Source: Octopus vulgaris
Taxonomy: Eukaryota
Direction of reading: 5' to 3'
Assembly: GCA_951406725.2 (NCBI GenBank)
Contig: OX597822.1
Coordinates: 18,972,001 to 19,036,000 of the forward strand
Length of the DNA stretch: 64,000 bases
Shown here: positions 55,110 through 64,000 of the stretch, piece after piece
Layout: every line of letters starts with the position of its first letter
Numbering within the stretch: position 1 is the first letter of the stretch
The notes under the pieces: generated by a model
What the model was told of the DNA's origin: nothing
Seen by the model: the letters and a program-made list of their open reading frames with translations, nothing else
The model's database searches: none
Program-made: the position numbers and the translations under genes

Positions 55110-55664
55110 AAGATGGAGCAATTGTTTAGTTGAGCTTAAAGAACACATTCAGCTAGCAGTGCAGGAGCTAACTCTTGAAATGCTTCAAAATGTGTTTCAC
55201 ATCACTAAGGAGAGATGTGAAGTATGCAGAGATACAGACATGTTGAAAATTTTCAATAAAAGTTTGACATAGGATTTATAAATCTAAGGAGTGGCTGTGT
55301 GGTAAGTAGCTTCCTTACCAACCATATGCTTCCAGGTTCAGTCCCACTGCATGGCACTTTGGGCAAGTGTCTTCTACTATAGCCTCAGGCCAACCAAAGC
55401 CTTGTGAGTGAATTTGGTAGATGGAAACTGAAAGAGGCCTGTCGTATATATGTATATATGTGTGTTTGTGTGTCTGTATTTATCCCCCCAACATTGCTTG
55501 ACAACCAATGCTGGTGTGTTTACGTCCCCGTAACTTAGCGGTTCGGCAAAAGAGATCAATAGAATAAGTACAAGGCTTACAAAGAATAAGTCCTGGGGTC
55601 GATTTGCTCAACTGAAGGTGGTGCTCAATTTCTTTGAAACATAGTTAATTCTGGAACACCCTGT
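55110..55664 (+). mobile_element. Tc1/mariner-like transposon 3' remnant interrupted by a SINE
   Basis: ELKEHIQLAVQELTLEMLQNVF..RCEVC resembles a transposase C-terminus; terminus ggaacaccctgta. Confidence 0.55.
55288..55626 (+). mobile_element. tRNA-derived SINE (CORE-like family)
   Basis: Colinear with 60351-60757. Confidence 0.85.
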
Positions 55665-56093
55665 ACGGTGTGGCATTGTTAGTTGTTGCATTGCTCAAGT
55701 AAATATTAAAATCAAAGGTCTTCTCACTGTAAACATCCCATCTTTTTGTTAATCATATTGTATCAAGGAGTATATTCATTATTTATACTTGACAGAAGGA
55801 GTATATTATCCAAAATGTATCTCACCTTTATAGGTGCGGCTGTGTGGTTGAGAAGCTTGCTTTCCAACTATGTTCCCTTGGGTTCAGTTCCACTACGCAG
55901 CATGTTGGGCAATTCTCTATCATTACAGCTCCATGCTGACCAAAGCCTTGTGTTTTATATAATTGCCATTACTGTATTGATATATAAAATAACACATACA
56001 GGAGGAGTAAACCTTTATATATAATAACACTTTGAATGTGGCTCCTGAGAAAGAGTAAATGTAATTACCTGATCAACAATGGGTATTACTGCT

Positions 56094-56167
<74 letters not shown>

Positions 56168-56915
56168 ATGGATGGATCGATCTTGGTTTTTAGAATATGT
56201 ACACTGTATGCCTACATGCCATAAGAAGTGACTAAAAGGATTGGCATCAGAGAAAGAATATTTCAGTAAAACACTGTTGCAAAATGTCCCAACTAATTCA
56301 TGCCAGCATTGAAAAGAAAACAGAAAAATCATATTTATAAGTTGACCAGTTTATACATTAAATTATGTCCTTTTATGTAAAAACAAAAACTTACAGATAT
56401 GAGTAAATAAAAATCTTTAAAGTAGTGTTACAGCATGGCCATATAGCAATAAATTAATTAAAGTCTTGCTTATATTTTCTTTCATTGTTTCAATGTTGAG
56501 CTCACTTCCAGCAGGTGTTCATTAATTTGTTTTCTGTTGATTAAGTGAATAGATATTATTCAGACATTGTTTCTTCAGCTAAATACCTTTCCTTTCACCA
56601 GTACATACTTGGAAGGGAATTTCTTTTCTTGTTTTGTTATTCCAGTTGTCTCTGAAAGTGCAAAACCATAGGATGTTTCAGCAACAGGAAATGTAAACAT
56701 CACATCATAGTTTCACTTAGGTGTTGACAAGTGAAGACATAGAATGTCAATACACATATGACAGTTTTCTCTACATTTTCTCTCTGCCAGTTCTACTCAC
56801 AAAGCATTGGTCAGCCCCAAGCTATAGTAGAAGACTCTTGCCCCTGATGTTATGTTATACAGTGAATTAAAACTCAAAAGGCACCTACAAACAACTAACA
56901 GTAAGTAGCATGTGT

Positions 56916-56995
56916 GTAAATAACAGTAGTAAACTGAAGGACTCAATGGCATACTGTGCTGACAGACGTCATCGGTGCCGGGTTTCCATGACAAC
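56916..56995. promoter_or_regulatory. Motif cluster: forkhead site, CRE-like site, RFX X-box
   Basis: GTAAATA at 56916, GACGTCA at 56965 and GTTTCCATGACAAC at 56982-56995, in sequence with no recognised repeat. Function untested. Confidence 0.35.
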
Positions 56996-57164
56996 AGACA
57001 CAAATGGTTAAAATAGTTCTCCCCACTATTTGTCACAGACTTTCCTTGACCATGTGTTGACAAATTAACTTAGGATACTAAAAAATATATGCTTGCCTAT
57101 TTCTTTATATGGATTTACATACTCATATTCATTAAGATGGGACCAGTGAACAGAAAAATATATG

Positions 57165-57285
57165 AAGGCACATTGCCTAGTAGTTAGGGTGTTTCACTCA
57201 CAATTGCCAGATTGTAGGTTCAATTCACAGACTGGAAGGCATGTTGTGTTCTTGAGCAAAGCACTCCCTTTCATGTTGCTCTAGC
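57165..57285 (+). mobile_element. tRNA-derived SINE 5' part, diverged
   Basis: A-box-like ttgcctagtagttagg and B-box-like ggttcaattc. A related minus-strand copy lies at ~10440-10625. Confidence 0.55.
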
Positions 57286-57482
57286 ACTGTGTCGGAACCA
57301 GCGTGTTAAAGAATAGACCCAATGTTTCCTCTGCATGTCATAAAAAGCAAAGTGTTGACTACTCAAAACAGACCGATGGGTTAGAGTGGTGAAAAGGCAT
57401 CATTTGCCAAGAGTAGTAAGGAATCACCAACAAATGGTGGATACAGCAACGCACTGTTACAATGCATACACCCATATAGTGT

Positions 57483-57720
57483 ACTCTCTACAGGAAAAGA
57501 TAGAGGTGATCAAGAAAATAGGCCATGATGAAAGCTTCACTGCTTTCACAGGTTTGGTGTCAATGAATCCACCATTCATTCTAATGCAAAGGCATATGAT
57601 CCTAAAAAAAAATAACACAGATGAGTGTATTCACTACAGGAAAAGTCAGAGATGATCACGAAAATCCATGCTAGTGGAAGGTTTACTGCTGTAGGGCTGG
57701 TATCAATAAATCTACCATTT
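57483..57720 (+). mobile_element. Two tandem decayed Tigger/pogo-like HTH fragments
   Basis: SLQEKIEVIKKI...GVNESTI occurs twice about 147 bp apart and resembles the CENP-B/psq HTH of pogo transposases. Confidence 0.5.
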
Positions 57721-57728
57721 GTTTCATG

Positions 57729-59505
57729 TAAGGTGAGGGTTGGCAATGAGTATAATGAAGAATTCTGAGTAGAAGTAGGGGTTCACCAAGGATCAGTCCT
57801 CAGCCCCCTCTTATTTATTATAGTCCTCCTGGCAATAACAGAAGAATTCAAGAGAGCTACCCTTGGGAGCTCCTCTATGCTTATGACATTGCTCTAATAG
57901 ACGACTCACTGCCAGGACTAGAGATGAAGTTTAGGGTGTGGAAGCAAAGTCAAGAATCGAAGGGCCTTAAGATTAACCTGGCAAAAACCAAAGTCTTCTT
58001 CTTCAGGTAGATGGCCCTAGTCAATCTGTAGAAAAGGCATGGGTAGAAACTCCATACGATGTACCCATTGTAAGCTATGGACACATAAGAGGTGCAGCAA
58101 TATCAAAGGAGGGTTAACCAGGAAAATAGTTTTTGTGTGTGGCAGATGCACAGGGACAACAAACACTGAAGACGTACAGAAAACAGATTCCATCACGTAA
58201 TGGGGGAGAAACTAGAAGTAGTTAATAGTTTCTGCTTCCTAGGCAAGCAAGTCTGTAGTGGAGTTGGTTGCTCTGAGAGGGTAGCGACAAGAGTAAGAAT
58301 AGCCTGGGCAAAGTTCAGGAAACTTCTACTTCAGCTGGCAACTAAGAGCCTCTCGCACAGGATGAAAGGTAGACTGTATGATGTATGTGTGCAAACTGCC
58401 ATGCTACACAGCAGTGAAACATGGACTGTCAGGTGGCGAGCTGGCAGAAAAGTTAGCACGCCGGGCAATATACTTATCAGTATTTTGTCTGCCATTACAT
58501 TCTGAGTTCAAATTCCGCCATGGTTGACTTTGTCTTTCATCCTTTCAGGGTCGATTAAATAAGTACTAGTTATGCACTTAATTGACTTAATCCGTTTGTC
58601 TGTCCTTGTTTGTCACCTCTGTGTGTAGCCCCTTGTGGGCAGTAAAGAAATAAGAAATATGGGCTGTGATGCTGAGGACTTGTGTAGGCTTGAAACAAAT
58701 GAAGCAGGTCTGATCCCCTGGATGTGTAATGTCAGTGTGTATACATGACAGATTGTGAGAGCCCTGAGAGGAAGTTGGGCATAAGAAGCATCAAATGTGG
58801 TTTGCAAGAGAGGTGACTGTGCTGGTATGGTCATGTGTTACATATGGATGAGGACAGATGTGTGAGGAAGTGCCACACCCTAACTGTGGAAGGAACCTGT
58901 GAAAGAGGTAGACCCAGGAAGACATGGGATGAGGTGGTGAAGCATAACCTTTGAATGCTGTGCCTCACAAAGGCAATGACAGGTGACTGAGACCTTTGGA
59001 GATATGCTGTGATTGAGAAGACCTGGCAACTAAAGTGACATTGCAGCCATGGTTAATGCCAGTGTTACATGTCCAGCCTGTTTAAAATTAATCTTGATGC
59101 TTCAGGCAATATGATATGTTTGAGAAGACCTGTTGAGTCAAGTAAAACCAATATTGTAGCTGTGGCCAGTGCCGCCTGGCTGGCTTCCATGCCAGTGGCA
59201 TGTAAAAAGCACCATCTAAAAGTTGTCAAGGCCACTGCCTTTCAGCTGCTTCCTGTGCTGGTGGCACGTAAACAGCACTGTTCGAATGTGAAAGACCCCA
59301 TAGCCGCCTCACTGGCTTCCATGCCAGTGGCACATAAAAAGCAACCACTACACTCTCAGAGTGGTTGGCATTGGGAAGGGCATCCAGCTGTAGAAACTCT
59401 ACCAGACCAGATTGGAGCCTGGTGCAGCCTTCTGGCTTTCCATACTTTAATCAAACCATCCAACCCATGAAAAATGGACATTAAATGATGATGATGATGA
59501 TGATT
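57729..59505 (+). mobile_element. RTE-clade LINE 3' half, decayed, split by a SINE
   Basis: GVHQGSVLSPLLF, WELLYA, MLHSSETW, RGRPRKTWDEVV; (GAT)n tail. Confidence 0.9.
58430..58653 (+). mobile_element. tRNA-derived SINE inserted in RTE with a 14-bp target duplication
   Basis: B-box-like gagttcaaattcc; TSD gaaacatggactgt (58416-58429) / gaaatatgggctgt (58654-58667). Confidence 0.8.
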
Positions 59506-60350
59506 ATCAATAAACTGATGCAATTTCTGCTATTTGCCATCCATATTTGCTTCTTTCCATAAAATTGGCACTGGTACTGACTTATTCACAGATTTATTCT
59601 TCCAAAAGGTTGTTGAAATATGAAATGTATTTAAAAAACATACAAACGAAAAAAAAATATGATAAAATATTTATTTTTAAAAAAATATTATTTTATTTGA
59701 GTAATTGATTCTTAAATATGACTTTTTTTTTGTTTTTCATTTAATCAGTTGAAGTAAAAGGAGATAATGATAGTTTGATTGTTACTCTCTGCAATATTTC
59801 TTTATTTCTGATGCAAACAAAAATATTCTTCTTGAACAACTATAGACAATAGATATTTCAGAACCAAACAAAACAAGCCAGAAACACTCTCTCCATTTTA
59901 AGAAGAGTAACAATGAAAGCTTTGAATAGATTGAAGATAAATGAGATACCAGAGTGTGTAAATTTAAACAATTCAGCACAAAAAAAGAAAAAGATTTTTC
60001 TTTTTTCTGGTTTTTAGAGTCTTTGATAGTTTAGATGTTATACAAACATATAAGTCTCTAATTTCTTATTTAGCAATCTCTTTATTGTCTTCAATTAGTA
60101 CATCTAATGTTTTATTTAATAATTTTAGTACTAAGCATTTCTGCTCTTTTTTTATTGACTTTTATTAGTTTTTTTAGTATCTATTTTCACATGGTATTAT
60201 AGTAGATTCTGGAAATTTTAGAGATGCACAGAATAGAATATTGTTGGAAACAAGTGTTTATTATATGAATGACTTTCTGAAAACTAACTAAACCATTTAT
60301 CTATTAAGTGATTGCAGTTATATATATATATATATATAAATCATATATAT

Positions 60351-60757
60351 AGGCGCAGGAGTGGCTGTTTGGTAAGTAGCTTGCTAACCAACCACATGGT
60401 TCCGGGTTCAGTCCCACTGCGTGGCATCTTGGGCACGTGTCTTCTGCTATAGCCCCGGGCCGACCAATGCCTTGTGAGTGGATTTGGTAGACGGAAGCTG
60501 AAAGAAGCCCATCGTATATATGTATATATATATAAGTGTGTGTGAATATGTTTGTGTGTCTGTGTTTGTTCCCCTAGCATTGCTTGACAACCGATGCTGG
60601 TGTGTTTACGTCCCCGTAACTTAGCGGTTCGGCAAAAGAGACCGATTGAATAAGTACTGGGCTTACAAAGAATAAGTCCCGGGGTCGATTTGCTCGACTA
60701 AAGGCGGTGCTCCAGCATGGCTGCAGTCAAATGACTGAAACAAGTAAAAAGAGTAAA
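60351..60757 (+). mobile_element. Full-length tRNA-derived SINE (CORE-like family)
   Basis: A-box tggctgtttggt, B-box ggttcagtccc, CORE-like cttgggcacgtgtctt, aagagta-repeat tail. Further copies or fragments near 3346, 10820, 21749, 45668, 55288 and 55831. Confidence 0.88.
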
Positions 60758-60999
60758 AAAAAAAAAAAGAGTATATATATTGTTGTTTTGTTTGTTTTTT
60801 TTTTTACTAAATAGTTTAATAATATTGAGTATTGTACATTAACAGCAATCACAATGACCAAGCAGTTTAAACACTAAACTAATGCATTTTTTGTCTCTGT
60901 GACTTTTTTTTTTGCCACTGTGAGACAATATTAATATATTTATATTGAATACTAACAATATTGTCGTCGTCATTGTCATTCACTTTTCTCTTTTGACAG

Positions 61000-61099
61000 A
61001 TGTGACTTCAGGAGGTAATGTTTTATGCCTGAATGCATCTTGCAGAAATAGGGTCTACCTATTCCACAAAAACTGGGATACACACTGTACAGAATATTG
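61000..61099 (+). CDS. Candidate host coding exon (Cys-containing peptide)
   Basis: Acceptor cacttttctcttttgacag. One open frame, (D)VTSGGNVLCLNASCRNRVYLFHKNWDTHCTEY(C/W), with donor gtgtgt at 61100. An alternative donor gtaatg at 61015 gives a 15-nt microexon. Confidence 0.35.
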
Positions 61100-61254
61100 G
61101 TGTGTGTATGTGTGTGTGTGTGTGTTTGAATGTATACATCCATGTATGCATATGGGTGGAAGGTAGGTCTGTATGTATAGATGTACACACACATATAGCA
61201 TTCAGGTTTCATTCTGCAAACTAGAGCAGAATTAAGCTAGTATGCTTCACTGTG

Positions 61255-61545
61255 TGTGCAAGATTAGTGTGCATGTGCAAATGTATTGAGAGAACTGTTC
61301 GGTGTAAGATGTAGTGTGCAAAAGAGGAGACTGCATTCGTTTGGTCATGTGATGCATGACCCATGCATCACATGACTGAGGACTGAGGACTTAACATGGA
61401 GGGAAATTATAGAATAGGTAGACTCAGGAGAACATGGGATGAGGTATTGGAGGCTGATCTCAATATGTTGAGCCTTACAAAGGAGATGACAAAGGATTTT
61501 GAAGACTGGCATCTTGCTGTACTCAAGAAAACCTACCCGTTACAG
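61255..61545 (+). mobile_element. RTE LINE 3' coding remnant
   Basis: Decayed RRLxxFGHV and GRxRxTWDEV motifs, followed by a pyrimidine-rich UTR. Confidence 0.65.
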
Positions 61546-62206
61546 CAAAAATAATATCCTAAAACCACTCAGATATATTTGTATGTGCAAGACCATGTCC
61601 CTACTCTTCTCTCTCTGTCAGATCAAGCATTTCCCTCCACAACATTTATGGTTTACTTGCTGGTGAGCAATATTGCACATATTACATACTTCCATTCCTC
61701 ATCATCCCGACCCACACCATTCCAACCAATCACCTCCTTTTCATGGTTTCATCCACCATCCTTTTCTTCCTTTTGTTCTAAACACCTCTCTTGAGTGCTT
61801 TTCAGTTTCGTTACCTTCCCAAATTTACCATCATAACCATCTACAATAGACTCTTATGTATCCCTATCTCTCCCTCCTTTCTACAGTTCCATACACATTG
61901 TTCAATTACCTTTTGTTCTATTCTTCTTCGGCCACTTCTATGTCTTCCACCTCATCCCTCTGCTTACTGGTATTTCCCATCATCTGTACCTCACCCTTGT
62001 TCTTCACTTACTACACTAATTTCTACCTCCACCTGTTTATTTCCTTCTCATCAAATTTACATGAAAACTTAGAAATACTAGTTTTCTAACAAAACTGATG
62101 TAGACTCTCAAACTTCCAATCTATTTGATGCACACTTCACCCGTTACCCCAATTCAGTCACATCATTACAAATGCCAGTTACTCAACTCAAAAAGTCTTG
62201 TCACTT

Positions 62207-63400
62207 TGAAATGCAGTTAGGTCTTGTACTTGGGAGAAGCATCACTGATGTTCTCTTCCTTCTAAAGCAACTACAAGAGAAGCATTTAACCAAAAATAAA
62301 CCTCTGTACTTGGCTTTTGCTGTTATGAAGAAAGCCTTTGATAGGGTCCCCCAGACCCTTATCTGGTATGCAATGTGGTAGTTATGGATAGATGAGTGGT
62401 TGATGAGAGCTGTACAAGCCATGTACAGGGAAGCAATCAGAAAGGCAAAAGTTGGCAATGAGTGTAGTAAGGAATTTAGGGTACAGGTAGGAATTCACAA
62501 AGGATTGATTCTCAGCCCCACCCCATTGTTCATGATAGTTCCCCTAGTCATAACAGAGGAATTTATGACTGGCTGCATTTGGGAGTTGTTCTATGCTGAT
62601 GACCTTGTTCTTATTGCTGAACCACAAGAACAAGAGAAGAAATTTCAGGTCTGGAAGCAACATCTGGAATCAAAGGGCTCTAGAGTTAATTTAGCAAAGG
62701 CTAAAGTCTTCATAAGCAGGAAAACAGACAAATTACACATCCTTTCAGGGAGATGGCCCTACTTTATATGTAGGAAAGGTGTAGGTAGAAATATGGTGTA
62801 CCCAATAAACACAAAGAATGTACAGGAAATAGACTTCCTCAAATTGTCCAGGATTATCCTTAGAAGTAGTTGATAGCTTCCATTACCTCAACAGCCAAAT
62901 TATCAATAGAGGAGGATGCTCTGAAAGCAGAATTGCTAGAATAAGAATGAACAGGGCAAAGTTCAGAGAGTTATAACCTTTGTTGGTAACAAAGGTTATA
63001 ACCCTTAGTGTGAAAGGCAGATTGTATGATGTCTGTGTATGAACAGGTATGCTACATAGCAGTGAAACACAGCTACAGAGAATATGCAAAGGCTTGAAAG
63101 AAACGAAGCCAGCATGCACGACTGGGTAGGCAATATCAGTGTGCATGTAGAACAGAGTGTAAATGATTTAAGAGAAAAATTGGGTATAAGAAGCATCGGG
63201 TGTAGTGTGTAAGAAAGAAGTTTGTGATGCATGTGAATGAGGACAGCTGCATTAGGTGCCAATATCTAATTGTAGATGGAACCCACGGAAGTAGATGTGG
63301 TATGAAGCGGTGACAAATGATCTTCAGATGTTGAGCCTCACAGAGAAATGGCAAGGAACCTGAGATCTCTGGTGATTTGCCATGCTTGAATCAAGCTAAG
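62207..63400 (+). mobile_element. RTE-clade LINE RT region, decayed
   Basis: LYLAFAVMKKAFDRVP, GIHKGLILSP, ELFYADDLVL, RVNLAKAK; pyrimidine-rich 3' region continues to ~64000. Confidence 0.88.
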
Positions 63401-64000
63401 TAAGATCATGGCCATCCATACATAGAGGCTTTTCCTTTGCAATCATGCCTTCCACTCATACACACATAATCTGTCTTCTATCAAAACACCCCTACAACCC
63501 ATCTTCCCAACATCCCCCATTCTACTCTCCACTGTACCCCTCCCCCGCCACTCTTCCCCATGTGGTTATCTGTACTCTCTCCATACCCCACCCCACTTCC
63601 ATATTCCCCCTCTCCCAGCCACCCTGTTTTCTCTCTCCTTTACTTGCTATGTCTTTCCTATCTCTAAACTTCTCCCCTTACATTCTTATGAACATTCCCT
63701 CTGTACCACTTACAGACCCCTTCACTGTTCTTTGTGGGTAGGTCCTGATGCATCTCCAACACTCTCTATCTTTCTCCCTAACACTCTCTCTCTCTTTCCT
63801 CTCCTTCCTGTCCTACTGGGATGTTCAAGTGTCCCCTCTATAGTAAAACAGCCATCTCTGTCCCTCTAAAATCTCTCACCTGGCACAAAGCCATATCCCT
63901 CACTTTGAATCCCTCTTCCACCTGAGTGGTGTCTTTGTCTTACAACCTACTTGGTGAACCTGTTGGTGTCACATAAGAAGCACTTTTACTATAAAGTGCC

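Overview
AT-rich, repeat-dominated animal genomic DNA. The SINE, RTE and microsatellite content suggests an octopus or other cephalopod; that is an inference. No intact protein-coding gene is present, and the long Tyr-Ile ORFs are (TA)n/(TATG)n microsatellite artefacts. Main components: (1) an 11-28.4 kb cluster of Penelope-like retroelements (PLEs) sitting in TA microsatellites, comprising a decayed Neptune-like PLE and a decayed Nematis-like PLE with direct and inverted pseudo-LTRs; (2) a near-identical ~490-bp tandem array (16011-19380) in which every unit carries a complete type I hammerhead ribozyme (HHR) on the minus strand, i.e. a retrozyme-like locus and the strongest lead here; (3) eight further intact or decayed HHR motifs from about six other repeat families; (4) a 12.75-kb satellite of a 28-bp unit with nested higher-order repeats; (5) several decayed RTE LINEs, a near-complete mariner, other DNA-transposon relics and tRNA-derived SINEs; (6) a few weak candidate host exons and an RFX X-box/CRE/forkhead motif cluster. 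All structures and alignments were done by eye.
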